From Christensenellaceae bacterium (GTDB lineage: Bacteria > Bacillota > Clostridia > Christensenellales > CAG-138), in contig OY764017.1 of the NCBI GenBank assembly GCA_963667795.1, forward strand, positions 645,236 to 709,235: DNA of 64,000 nucleotides, read 5' to 3'. Under the pieces are notes generated by a model. That model searched no databases and had not been told where the DNA came from. It worked only from the letters and a program-made list of their open reading frames with translations. Below are positions 1 through 9,611 of this stretch, piece by piece; position 1 is the first letter of the stretch, and each line of letters starts with the position of its first letter. The position numbers and the translations under genes are program-made.

Positions 1-390
1 TATCAGCCCGCGAACGATGGACTTGCGGACATTGTTTTCGTTTACGCCTTCGATTTGAGCGATTCTGTGCTTGCTTATCCCGAGAAAGTAGAGCGAATAG
101 ATACGGCGAGCTTGTATTTCCGGCAGTTTCTTGATTGCACAGAGAAGCCGTTCCTGCCGTAAGCGGTGCTCTACCAGCTCTTCTGCGGAAGGCGCAAGCA
201 GTAGTATGTCGTTTTCAATACCGTCGTCTCGATCCAGTGAAAAATAAGCCTTGTACCGATAGGTGCGCAATCGGTACGCAGCTTCTTGATTCTTGAAGGT
301 ATGCATTTGTGCTGCAATGTGGTCCGGGACTTCGACGAAACAGTCGGATGTGTAGTAGGGGTAATAATGTCTTAAATTGATCCGTTTCAT
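1..390 (-). CDS. Small sigma-70 region-4-like HTH protein of the kind carried by Firmicutes mobile elements. Starts at 390; the 3' end runs off the window.
   Basis: ATG at 388-390 lies 6 nt after AAAGGAG. The frame stays open to position 1 and translates MKRINLRHYYPYYTSDCFVEVPDHIAAQMHTF...LPEIQARRIYSLYFLGISKHRIAQIEGVNENNVRKSIVRGL. It is missing from the ORF track because there is no stop in the window. Confidence 0.6.
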   Translation of the reverse strand, partial: MKRINLRHYYPYYTSDCFVEVPDHIAAQMHTFKNQEAAYRLRTYRYKAYFSLDRDDGIENDILLLAPSAEELVEHRLRQERLLCAIKKLPEIQARRIYSLYFLGISKHRIAQIEGVNENNVRKSIVRGLI

Positions 391-467
391 TTTTTGCTCC
401 TTTCCAGTTCTGGTGTGCTGTGCCGACTGGAAGGAGGTTGGAGGAGAGCGGATTCTAATTTCCGGGC

Positions 468-510
468 AACCAAATAAAACGCCGCAAGCGGGGTAAAATC
501 CGTTTGCGGC
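468..510 (-). terminator. Intrinsic terminator after the surface-protein gene
   Basis: Hairpin GCCGCAAACGG-loop-CCGCTTGCGGC on the minus strand (481-510), followed by GTTTTATTTGG. Confidence 0.6.
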
Positions 511-560
511 GCTTCGTATGAAGTTGGCGAACGTTTTCTACACGTCCGGCTCCGCGGGAA

Positions 561-1955
561 TTACCGCATCTTCATCATTCTGGAGAATTTGCCAATGATA
601 ATGATCGACGTTAGAATCGCAATGATCGCAAGTCCGAACAGCAGCGAGACCCACCACTGCGAAAGTGTCTTTTGTTCTTCGGCCTCTTTTTCGGCCTTTT
701 CTTTTTCTTCGTCCGTTTCTTTGACGGGTTCCAGAATCTCTATTTTAAGCTCCACATTCTCCTGAAACTGTTCGCCGTCCGCGTCTTCGTAGGTGAACTC
801 GCAGGAGCCGTAAGTCGTTCCGTATTTGGTCGTGCTGTCGATCGTCGTGGCAAAGATCGACATCGTTTTGTCGGATGACTGTTCCGGTTCGAGATTGCCC
901 AGATACGCAGAGGCCGCGATCAGACCCGGAACGTCTAATGTGCATTTCACATTGTAGATCGTCGTGAGCCCCGTGTTGTACACGTTGACCGGCAGAGTGA
1001 ATGATTCGCCGGAAGTGATCTTTTCCGGCAACTCCACCTTATCGTGCGAGAACAAAATCGGTTGATCGACGGTCACACGAAACGCCGCGGTTTCCGTGAA
1101 TGCAACGTTGCTCGAACTTTCGTAGGAGATCGTGGCAGTCATGGTGTGCAGTCCGCCGAGCGCCATCGGCAGTGCCTGCATGTCGAACGAGAACTCCGCT
1201 TCCTTGGTACGCGCGAGCCCAAGCAGATACGGCGCGCTGTACTCGTTCAACAGAATGATGTTTTCGTCGTCGCTCGTAACGGCGACGCGGATGTTATGCG
1301 CCGTCCGCCGGCCGACGTTTTTCACCGTCATATCGACGTGCAGTGTGTCTCCGCTTTCCAGCGTGTCCGGCGCGACCACGCAGTCGGTCACCACCAAGAC
1401 CGGCTTGGACGAGGTCACGCCGCCGCTGCTTCCGGAGGAGGAAGGACTTTCTGTGGGCGAACTCGTATCGGTCGATTTGCCGTCCGTGATCGTCACATAC
1501 ATTGTAAAATTCTGAAAGATCGTATTTCCGCTCAAATCGAGCCCTTCCACCGTGATGACGACCGGATAGACACCGTTTTTCCGGTCGGTGGACAGCGCAA
1601 GGTCGAAGCGGATATAGTAACACTCTTTCGTGCCGGTGCCGTTGTTGACCGACTGCGTGCTCAGCGGCACGGATTTCTGGTAGTTGCCGAATACGAACGG
1701 CGCGGTTTCGGTACTGCCGAGATTCGGCGTGGCCGTAATCGTGCTCCCGGAAATACTGCCGGTCGTGACCAGTGGCAGGACGATCGTAGCGACATTGTTC
1801 GCCACGGTCGGGGAATATCCCTGACTGTACGTCATCGCCATCCCGTCGTAGAGGTTTGCGTCGTCAATGCCGAGGATGACCGAGGAAGTATCGGCCAGCG
1901 CGGCGGCCGGGACGATAAGAAGCAGAGTTAGGATACCGAGCATCCAACGTTTCAC
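561..1955 (-). CDS. Secreted, membrane-anchored surface protein with CARDB/COG1361-like repeats
   Basis: ORF 561..2033 trimmed to the GTG at 1953-1955, which forms a GTGA overlap with the ATPase stop and has AGAAGG 9 nt upstream. This gives signal peptide VKRWMLGILTLLLIVPAAALA. Contains TVKNVGRRTAHNIRV-type motifs and a C-terminal TM (WWVSLLFGLAIIAILTSIIIIG). The ATG at 1943 is an alternative start. Confidence 0.6.
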   Translation of the reverse strand: MKRWMLGILTLLLIVPAAALADTSSVILGIDDANLYDGMAMTYSQGYSPTVANNVATIVLPLVTTGSISGSTITATPNLGSTETAPFVFGNYQKSVPLSTQSVNNGTGTKECYYIRFDLALSTDRKNGVYPVVITVEGLDLSGNTIFQNFTMYVTITDGKSTDTSSPTESPSSSGSSGGVTSSKPVLVVTDCVVAPDTLESGDTLHVDMTVKNVGRRTAHNIRVAVTSDDENIILLNEYSAPYLLGLARTKEAEFSFDMQALPMALGGLHTMTATISYESSSNVAFTETAAFRVTVDQPILFSHDKVELPEKITSGESFTLPVNVYNTGLTTIYNVKCTLDVPGLIAASAYLGNLEPEQSSDKTMSIFATTIDSTTKYGTTYGSCEFTYEDADGEQFQENVELKIEILEPVKETDEEKEKAEKEAEEQKTLSQWWVSLLFGLAIIAILTSIIIIGKFSRMMKMR

Positions 1956-2626
1956 GATCGATCGCCTTCTTTCATCTTGTGTTCCCGAACCACCGTCAGC
2001 ACACCCGCGTCCATCTCGCAAACGGTGTCGCACAATTCTTCGATATCCTGAATATTATGGCTGGCTAGCAGGATCGTCCGCCCGCCCTTTGCAAGCGATT
2101 TGAACAGTTCGCGCATCTCCGCAACGCCGTGTTTGTCCAGCCCGTTCAGCGGCTCGTCGAGGATCATTAAACTCGGTTCCTCCATGATCGCCTGTGCAAT
2201 GCCGAGGCGCTGCCGCATGCCGAGCGAATACTTGCCGACCGGCTTGGACATCATGGGATCGAGCCCGACGCGCCGGATCGTGTCCGCAACCTGCTTTAGG
2301 CCAATCTTGCGTTTCAACCCGGCAAGGATCTCAAGGTTTTTCAACCCCGAAAACTGCGGCAAAAACCCGGGTGATTCGATGATGATTCCGATATCGTCCG
2401 GAAAGTCGACGTCCCGCCCGATCTGCTTGCCGTCGACCAGCACCTTGCCTTCGGTCGGCTGCAAAAAGCCACAGATGCACTTGAACATGACCGTCTTTCC
2501 GGAGCCGTTGTTGCCAACGATGCCGTGGATTTTCCCGCGCTCAAAATCGTGGGTGATGCCTTTGAGCACCGTGTCCTGCCCGAAGGTTTTGATGAGGTTT
2601 TGGAGTTGAATGGTGGGTTTGCTCAT
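1952..2626 (-). CDS. ABC transporter ATP-binding protein
   Basis: Walker A GNNGSGKT, ABC signature LSLGMRQRL, Walker B LMILDEP. ATGA overlap with the permease stop at 2623-2626. Confidence 0.9.
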   Translation of the reverse strand: MSKPTIQLQNLIKTFGQDTVLKGITHDFERGKIHGIVGNNGSGKTVMFKCICGFLQPTEGKVLVDGKQIGRDVDFPDDIGIIIESPGFLPQFSGLKNLEILAGLKRKIGLKQVADTIRRVGLDPMMSKPVGKYSLGMRQRLGIAQAIMEEPSLMILDEPLNGLDKHGVAEMRELFKSLAKGGRTILLASHNIQDIEELCDTVCEMDAGVLTVVREHKMKEGDRS

Positions 2627-4359
2627 TGATCTCCTCCCGTAAAGTGGAAGCTATACGTCCGCAGCGCCAACAACGTGAGTACGTACAGTAAAACGATTGC
2701 TGCGCCAAAGATGATGAATGTTTGCCAGAGCCGCGGCAACAGGTCGTAACCGAAGTTGTGCATGTGATACGTCGCCTGATTCAGCGGCGAAAGCCACCCG
2801 ACTGCCACGTTAGCCTTGTAAAGCAATTCGTCCGGCAGTTCGAAAATCTGTTTGAACAGTTGCGGATTCAGCAAGAAACCAAACAGGCTGAACGCGAACG
2901 CCGTTGCAATTCCCGCGGATTTGCCGCGCCGGATGTTGACGAACAGCATGAGAAAGACCATCACCAGCGTGTAAAGGAGCATGAGCAGCAATATTGTCGA
3001 AGCACATTCATACGGCCTGCTGAGTTCAAGCGTTTTGACCAGCGCCGGAAGCGCGACCGCCTTGCCCGCGCCGGAATAGCCGAGGATCGCCGCCGTTTCC
3101 GACCACATGTTGCCGATAAAGCTGTTGCCCATGCAGATGATCGTCGTCGCGGCAAAGATGAAAAGGATGTACAGCACCGTCGCGACCGATACGTAGACCG
3201 CCTGCCCCATGAGCCATGTGCGCCGCTTCATGCGGATAAGATAGTACGGCACACCTGCGCCGAGAAACGGCATGTCGACGAACAGCAGCACCAGCAGCAG
3301 CGAGATCAAAAGCACGGAGTTCGCGTCCCCGAACGTCCAGACGAACGGTTCGAACGCCTGCATGGTCGTGCCCATGTCGTATGCAAACGATGCCGCCTTG
3401 TCCGAGAGGAGAAAGCAGAGGATGAACGCGAGTGCGAACGTCAGCAGCACGCGCGCGTTGCCGCGCCACATGCGGAAGTTATAGCGCACGACCGATCGCA
3501 CCTGTCGCAGTTCGCCGAACAGGCGAAGCTTTCGCGCAGGGCGGAACGGTCTGTCCAGACGGACTTTTCTTTGTGGAAACAGCGTGCGAATGGACTTCCT
3601 TGCGTTGTCGTCGCGCAGATGGTCCTGTGCGATCAGATAGAAGCCGAGCATACAACCCGCCAGCAGGACGACCATTGTGATGCCTGCGCTCCAGCCACCG
3701 AACGGCCACGTACCTTCCAGCGTCAGGTAGTTCTGCGGGTTGAGCATGAAGACGTCGCGCGCGTAGCGCTCCTGCAGAATAATCAGCACATAATAGAGGA
3801 TGAACGGGGCGGAATACGCCATGTAGGCGTTCATGGTCACGGTCGAAAGCAACATACCGAGCATCGCCCAAAGCGCGCCTGCAAAGCCAAACAGGACGAT
3901 CTTGCCGATCAGTTCCGGCAGCTGTGATTGCACCGCCGTCTCCCCGAACGTCTCTACCGGCATGACGACCAGCGAAACGAGGACGTATCCGCCGAGAATG
4001 CCAAGCGTAAGCGTCAGAAAGCCCGAGATCGCGCAGGAAAGCTCTTTACCGAGGATATAACGCGTGACCGTCGTTCGCGGTAAAAATTGCTTGAGGTAGC
4101 CGCTTTTGAAATCGTCCACGAACGCGCCGGCATATGGGATCGTCGCCAAAATCGGCGCGGCAAACAGGATTGCATTGCCGGACAGCGCGCTGATCGTGAT
4201 GCGCCGGTGCGCAAACAGCGCCGCCGCCGGCTTTTCAAGCATGTAGATCGAGAGTACGTCCGAAAACGCGCTTAGCAGCACGCAAAGCATCGTGCCAAGT
4301 ACGCTTAGCACGAATGCTTTGGATAACGCTCGATTGAGGTCGGATCGTAGTTCGGGCAA
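2623..4359 (-). CDS. Polytopic ABC-type permease (578 aa)
   Basis: TTG start at 4357-4359, 7 nt after AAAGGAG. Hydrophobic throughout with many TM-like segments. Translationally coupled to the ATPase gene. Confidence 0.75.
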   Translation of the reverse strand: MPELRSDLNRALSKAFVLSVLGTMLCVLLSAFSDVLSIYMLEKPAAALFAHRRITISALSGNAILFAAPILATIPYAGAFVDDFKSGYLKQFLPRTTVTRYILGKELSCAISGFLTLTLGILGGYVLVSLVVMPVETFGETAVQSQLPELIGKIVLFGFAGALWAMLGMLLSTVTMNAYMAYSAPFILYYVLIILQERYARDVFMLNPQNYLTLEGTWPFGGWSAGITMVVLLAGCMLGFYLIAQDHLRDDNARKSIRTLFPQRKVRLDRPFRPARKLRLFGELRQVRSVVRYNFRMWRGNARVLLTFALAFILCFLLSDKAASFAYDMGTTMQAFEPFVWTFGDANSVLLISLLLVLLFVDMPFLGAGVPYYLIRMKRRTWLMGQAVYVSVATVLYILFIFAATTIICMGNSFIGNMWSETAAILGYSGAGKAVALPALVKTLELSRPYECASTILLLMLLYTLVMVFLMLFVNIRRGKSAGIATAFAFSLFGFLLNPQLFKQIFELPDELLYKANVAVGWLSPLNQATYHMHNFGYDLLPRLWQTFIIFGAAIVLLYVLTLLALRTYSFHFTGGDQ

Positions 4360-4430
4360 GATGGGGCTCCTTTATGCGAAACGTTAGTTCACCTGCGCAT
4401 AACAACACAAAACACTTGCGAATAATGGCG

Positions 4431-5855
4431 CTAGTATCCTTTTGTAGGATCGATGATCGTTCCATCGATCGCATTGATGACTACGAGCGGGTTAGCTTGA
4501 ACTTTAGTATTGAATGTTTGAACTGAACCATCAGATGCCACATATTGTACCGTTCCAAAGAAACACCACACAGGGACTAAAAGCCCTGAATCTATTGATT
4601 CTTGTTCCAGAATCCGCTGCTCACCTAAATATACATCGGTAATTTCTATATCAATGTTAGTAACGTCGGCGGCTCCATCAACAGGAAGCTGATAGTACGT
4701 AATTGCGCGACTAAAAATTTTGAAAATATCCTCATATGGCAACAACGACGCGTTTTTTATTAGCATCTCTTGTTCTTCATATGGAGATACCCAATCTATT
4801 CTATAAACTCCATTATTATCCATTGTAATGTTCAGTTGTTCATATGCCCATGAACCAGTGTAATCATCGTTTGAAACTAATGAAAGTACCGAAAAAAGAA
4901 CAGTCCCTGTACCATGTACATCCCTAGAGCACCTTACTCTATACGAATATTCTGAAGGCGTATTAGGGTAAGAACCATCGCTTTCTTTTATACTATCCGC
5001 AACAAGTAGTACGTCAAAAACACTGTAAGGAAGCGAAAGCTGATCAAGCAAGGATTCTGCTCTGGCTTGCGCTTCTTGAGGTGTGTAACTCAATTTATTT
5101 ACAGCCATTGCATCAATCGAGTTCATGTCTGTTACATCTTTCAAAATGATCTCTCCCCTGTCGGGAGCCTTGATCCTGCGATTATCGCAATACATAAATT
5201 CTGCGCCTTTAACCGATGATGACGACCAATTGTTTCGGACATATAGACAGCGCCCATTGTTTAATGAAGGGCTGCTTTCTCCAACGTCCACTCCGGTATA
5301 GCTGTATTCGGACCCACCATAATTCGCTTTATAGTCAACCAGCGCAGTCGATGCCGTCTTGTGGATCACTACTTCAGGTGCTGAATTATATTGTGATTGC
5401 AACTGCGCTAAACTGCTAACATAATCATCATGCATATCGTTCTGATCATAAGCTGTCTCAAGTTGCTTGAGTAAACTAATTTCATACGCAACTTCATCTT
5501 TAGACATTTCATAACTTTGTTGATCATACAACACTGCATCCTTAAGGAACACATTCGCTACTTTATCGATCATGTTTTGAGAAAAATCTATTGCTTTTAC
5601 TCTATAAATCGGGAAATTGACACCTAATACATGAATACGAGCATTTGCATTAACATGGATACTCTTATTACTAATATCACACTCGAAATTTGCGGGTAAT
5701 GTTTCAACGGCTAATTTTGTTGGTTCTTTCGCGATTTTCAACATATTATTAAGATTCTTTGCTTCTACAATGTTGGTTTCAGGTGTTTCTTTACAGCCAA
5801 CAAGGCTAAAAATCAGCGAGATAGCAACTATTATTAGTGCAGTTTTTTTAAGCAT
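4431..5855 (-). CDS. Lipoprotein, paralog family A (474 aa)
   Basis: Signal peptide with lipobox MLKKTALIIVAISLIFSLVGC. The C-terminal motif PVWCFFGTVQY...INAIDGTIIDPTKGY is shared with the 445-aa paralog. AT-rich relative to the transporter genes. Confidence 0.75.
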   Translation of the reverse strand: MLKKTALIIVAISLIFSLVGCKETPETNIVEAKNLNNMLKIAKEPTKLAVETLPANFECDISNKSIHVNANARIHVLGVNFPIYRVKAIDFSQNMIDKVANVFLKDAVLYDQQSYEMSKDEVAYEISLLKQLETAYDQNDMHDDYVSSLAQLQSQYNSAPEVVIHKTASTALVDYKANYGGSEYSYTGVDVGESSPSLNNGRCLYVRNNWSSSSVKGAEFMYCDNRRIKAPDRGEIILKDVTDMNSIDAMAVNKLSYTPQEAQARAESLLDQLSLPYSVFDVLLVADSIKESDGSYPNTPSEYSYRVRCSRDVHGTGTVLFSVLSLVSNDDYTGSWAYEQLNITMDNNGVYRIDWVSPYEEQEMLIKNASLLPYEDIFKIFSRAITYYQLPVDGAADVTNIDIEITDVYLGEQRILEQESIDSGLLVPVWCFFGTVQYVASDGSVQTFNTKVQANPLVVINAIDGTIIDPTKGY

Positions 5856-5956
5856 CTTGATTTCTCCCCGATCTATTATTTGATTATAACAACTATTTCG
5901 AGCAGTTCATATACGGTTGCTCTGCGGCATATTCCGCAGAGCAACCGTTTCTGAAG

Positions 5957-6391
5957 TTAACCTGCTGCGTATTTACCGCGAACATATGCGGTAATCCCTG
6001 TTCCCTGTGATCCTGCATTTAACCCCATATATCCGGCATAGTATGTATTTTGGTTAAGTCCAGACCACGTGTATGTAGTACTTACATTTCCGCTAGCATT
6101 GGGCATATAAGTTAGCATCGAAGAGACAAAAGTATTTAGGGCAGTCGCAAGGCCAATATCATAGTTGATATAATTTGTGCCGCTACTCCCATAGAATGTA
6201 ACTTTTATTTTCTTAGTGCTGGTAGGATACCACTTTTTGCCAGTATAATAGAATTGTTTGATAGGGCCCGCCGTACCCGTGTCGTATGGCAAGCTTCCTG
6301 TAGTACTGGGGAAACTACCAAGTGCATATACATCTGCTACGAAACTAAAAACCAGAACAAAGCATAGTATTGTCGCTATGATTTTTTTCAT
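5957..6391 (-). CDS. Small secreted protein (144 aa)
   Basis: ORF 5957..6607 trimmed to the ATG at 6389-6391 after AAAGGAGAAACGC. Signal peptide MKKIIATILCFVLVFSFVADVYA. N-terminus is paralogous to the IS-disrupted gene at 9378-11063. Confidence 0.65.
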   Translation of the reverse strand: MKKIIATILCFVLVFSFVADVYALGSFPSTTGSLPYDTGTAGPIKQFYYTGKKWYPTSTKKIKVTFYGSSGTNYINYDIGLATALNTFVSSMLTYMPNASGNVSTTYTWSGLNQNTYYAGYMGLNAGSQGTGITAYVRGKYAAG

Positions 6392-6765
6392 GCGTTTCTC
6401 CTTTATATATTGTGTTATTGTTTTTGAAAAGGTACAATTTGTATTGTCCTTGTGAACGCCATCACTTTGGTGATGGGGGCTGTCCGGCTCAATGTTTACA
6501 AGGACTTTTTCTTTGGACCAATCATAGGCATCCCCCCTAGATCGTGATCGTTCATATTGCGCCCTATGAGCGCAGCAAAGCTTGTATTGCTTCAATCTCA
6601 CCAACATAAAAGTTCGCTCGAATCCAGCCTGAATCGGCTCTCTATATATAAGACGTTTTACACCCGCTAAAATGTGACATTAAAATCGAAAAATTTTCGT
6701 TGTGCCCTACTATATAAACAACTTTTCAGCAAAAAAGGGACATTCTTTTGAAATTGTAAACCCGA
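6392..6765 (-). promoter_or_regulatory. Conserved about 370-nt leader/promoter region, copy A (copy B is at 11064-11477)
   Basis: Aligns by eye along its whole length with 11064-11477. Contains a nested hairpin, GTCCTTGTAAAC...CCATCAC-loop-GTGATGG...GTTCACAAGGAC, on the minus strand (6446-6505). Confidence 0.45.
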
Positions 6766-6861
6766 AAACGCGCCGAACAGCACGCAAAGCATCGTGCCAA
6801 GTACGCTCAGCACGAATGCTTTGGATAAAGCTCGGTTGAGATCGGAGTATAGTTCGGGCAA
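6766..6861 (-). pseudogene. Orphan 5' fragment of the permease gene (RBS, TTG start and about 32 codons)
   Basis: Translates MPELYSDLNRALSKAFVLSVLGTMLCVLFGAFSG, against MPELRSDLNRALSKAFVLSVLGTMLCVLLSAFSD in the intact gene at 4359. Homology stops abruptly at about 6766. Confidence 0.8.
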
Positions 6862-6948
6862 GGTGAGGCCTCCTTTTTACTTGTGCTATACCAAACCATG
6901 TTGTCAATAACCGAGTACAGGATTGACGATACTTCCATTAATAGCTTT

Positions 6949-7773
6949 TTAGTTTTCGCCAACATATAAATATGGTTTGTCATTAATGCAAGATTCCCAT
7001 CCGTCTGGATAATATTTTATTTGGTAGATGTCGCCATCGATCGATGGGCAGGGAATCGATATCGTGTAGCAGGCGCCACTATTAATGTGGACTTTACAAA
7101 AGCAGATAAATTGATAGTCTTCATATTGGAAGGATATAGTGTCACTTATAAACGTATCGCCCATCACCTCCTGATCGCTGGACAAGTCCTCGGAAAAACG
7201 TATCATTGCAGCTTCAAGTACGGTTTCTTCTTCTTGTACGACGCTTGCGTCATCACGGTCAATGGGTTGCCCGTCAATTATCGCGTTCCTATATGTCAAG
7301 TTTAACAATTCGAGCATTTGACCGGTCTTCGCGTCAACGTTGCATTGATATTTAGGGACCGTACCATCAGCATCAGGCGCTAATATCACGTAGACTGGAT
7401 TTTGGTTGTTCAATGTGATTGTAACGGTTAACAGGCCGATATCCGTTCCTATCTGCCGAAGAAGTTCCTGGGCGGCACATTGCGCGGCATCTTCAGGCGT
7501 TATCGTTGCAAGGTTCATCGCTTCTTCATCAGAATCCGTACAGTAATCCTGATAATAAAACGAATACTGGCGGTTTAAGGCTTCGTTGGTAGCCACAACT
7601 TCTTTTTTCGGGAGATCAGGCAAATCCTCCCAATTGATTTGGTCAATCTGCGGCGCAAACGTAGCAAGAGATGCATTTGTGATCTCTTCCTCTTGTGCGG
7701 TGTTTTGTTTTGTGCATGCACAGCAGCCAAGTATCAAAGCGATTATAAGCACACTACTGATGATTTTTCTCAT
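6949..7773 (-). CDS. Lipoprotein (274 aa), possibly ending at a premature stop
   Basis: Lipobox MRKIISSVLIIALILGC. Directly after its TAA (6949-6951), the same frame continues as KAINGSIVNPVLGY then a stop, which resembles the family C-terminal motif. Confidence 0.7.
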   Translation of the reverse strand: MRKIISSVLIIALILGCCACTKQNTAQEEEITNASLATFAPQIDQINWEDLPDLPKKEVVATNEALNRQYSFYYQDYCTDSDEEAMNLATITPEDAAQCAAQELLRQIGTDIGLLTVTITLNNQNPVYVILAPDADGTVPKYQCNVDAKTGQMLELLNLTYRNAIIDGQPIDRDDASVVQEEETVLEAAMIRFSEDLSSDQEVMGDTFISDTISFQYEDYQFICFCKVHINSGACYTISIPCPSIDGDIYQIKYYPDGWESCINDKPYLYVGEN

Positions 7774-7783
7774 ATTTTTTCTC

Positions 7784-7850
7784 CTAATATCCCATTGTTG
7801 GATCGATTATTGTTCCGTCAATTGCATTAATAGCAAATAAAGGTGGGTCT
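7784..7850 (-). pseudogene. Orphan 3' fragment of a family-A lipoprotein gene
   Basis: Translates ...DPPLFAINAIDGTIIDPTMGY then a stop, against ...NPLVVINAIDGTIIDPTKGY then a stop at 4431. There is an in-frame TGA just upstream. Its end supplies the TAGGAG ribosome-binding site of the 274-aa gene. Confidence 0.7.
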
Positions 7851-7940
7851 CCTCTGAAGCAATTTCAATTGTTTGCTTAGTTATTTTGCTCAGGGTTAAG
7901 TATCAGAGATTAATTTTAACAATATAAAAGTAAAGCATGT

Positions 7941-9278
7941 TCAATAACCCAACATTCTATCAATACGTTTTCCGGTCAAAGCATTAATGGTGCATAAGCT
8001 GTTATATGCAATAGATTCATCTTGCATCTGATTCCCATATACATTTGACATTGCAATATACTTTACGTCACCATTATCGTCGATATATTCTATATTCCCA
8101 TAGAATTCCCAAACCGGTACCGCCAAAATTGCATTATTGGATCCAACGATACAAGACATGCCCAGTTCGACACTGTCAATACGAACTGTTATTCTCTTTG
8201 GGTCGATATTAAGTGACGAATAAGTATATCGATTCTGTGAAACCGACATAAATTGGCTCATGGCATTTAAAGCTTCGTCCACGCTGATGATTTGACATGC
8301 ATCCGTTTCAATTACTATAGAACAGGGTTGCTGCCAAACAAACTCAACTAATCCATCGTTGTCAAAATACATTTTTATCATTTCCCAGAATACGGTTTCA
8401 GCATACTCCCTTCCGGCCGTTCCACCCTCAATTTGTTGACTGAAAACCTGCTTTTGCCCGCCGATATTTCTCATATAGATAAGTTCTATTCTTTCATCAA
8501 CTGGGTAATCCGATATTCCCGTTTGATTTGCTGTGCTTGCCACTAGTGTATACTCAGCAGAAGTATATCTTATTGCACTCAGCGTAAAGTCATCGGCCAA
8601 TTCTAACTTTTTCAGAATGTTCTCTGCCCGCTGCAAGGCATCTTCTTCAGATATCGGGCGAGGGGTGGGTTGTCCTTGCATGATATCCTTCCACCTGTAG
8701 TTGCTAATACGTATAAAGTTTTTTCTATTACCACCTCCTATTACGAGCACGGCTTTGTTCTTGCACCCGGTTTGGATTTTAGCCTCCTGTTCCGTCATTA
8801 CTTCGTCGATAGAAATGGCAGGTTCCGTTTCGGGTGCTGAACCAAGCGCATCCTGCATATTTGCAATAATGCCTTCGAGCATTTGTATATTATCGGCTGA
8901 CAACTTATCACGTACCGAATCCAATTGGTTGGTGTAAGTTTGGATATGTGAAGTGAGTTCGGGCCAGGTCTCACAAGCTTTGTAAAAGGTATGATTGTTT
9001 GAAAAGGCGTAGGCGACGTTATCGACAAAAGAAGCGTCAACCGATTGCCATGTAATGTTTCCCTGTAGGAATTCTCCGTTTGGTTCAACAACGGAAGCTG
9101 ATATTACAAGTTGAATGCCATCATCAAGCGCAACGCATTTCTTGTATTGGATATACCCATTTTCTTCTTCTGTTTCATAAGATTCTGACGGTTGTGCTTC
9201 CATTCCGGGCGTTGGCTGGCAAGCTCCCAATACACCCAGCAGTACTATAACAGTAATGAAGATTAAGATTTTTTTCAT
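7941..9278 (-). CDS. Lipoprotein, paralog family A (445 aa)
   Basis: Lipobox MKKILIFITVIVLLGVLGAC. C-terminal PVWEFYGNIEY...INALTGKRIDRMLGY parallels the 474-aa paralog. Confidence 0.75.
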   Translation of the reverse strand: MKKILIFITVIVLLGVLGACQPTPGMEAQPSESYETEEENGYIQYKKCVALDDGIQLVISASVVEPNGEFLQGNITWQSVDASFVDNVAYAFSNNHTFYKACETWPELTSHIQTYTNQLDSVRDKLSADNIQMLEGIIANMQDALGSAPETEPAISIDEVMTEQEAKIQTGCKNKAVLVIGGGNRKNFIRISNYRWKDIMQGQPTPRPISEEDALQRAENILKKLELADDFTLSAIRYTSAEYTLVASTANQTGISDYPVDERIELIYMRNIGGQKQVFSQQIEGGTAGREYAETVFWEMIKMYFDNDGLVEFVWQQPCSIVIETDACQIISVDEALNAMSQFMSVSQNRYTYSSLNIDPKRITVRIDSVELGMSCIVGSNNAILAVPVWEFYGNIEYIDDNGDVKYIAMSNVYGNQMQDESIAYNSLCTINALTGKRIDRMLGY

Positions 9279-9611
9279 ATTACTGATTTCCTTTCGGCAC
9301 TATATATGACGAATGTTGCTTTGTTCTGTGCACCAGCGTTAACGCTGGTGCACAGAACAAAATTAGAAGAAAAATCATCAGCTTGTTGTATAGCCGCCAT
9401 GCCGGATTTCAACATTTCCATGAATATAGTAGTCCGCATCATAATTCCGGAATCTAACCCTATAGTAAGTATTTGCATCTAGCGTATTATAGTTTGTACT
9501 ATCACCATTCCATATATATTTTCTTTGCATCGATCTAATGCTTTGAGGGAGTGTGCTAAAATATCGGACAGCATGGTAAGAGATTATAATAGGGATTAGG
9601 AGGACGAAACC

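Noticed and set aside
561-2033. The N-terminal extension of the surface-protein ORF (MRHRLRDGRGCADGG...), and likewise the extended starts of ORFs 5957..6607, 10716..11096, 13210..13791, 50083..50727, 58983..59243 and 62478..63434.
   Set aside because: The extensions overlap upstream genes or lack ribosome-binding sites. Internal starts with strong Shine-Dalgarno sequences give proper signal peptides or family-typical N-termini.
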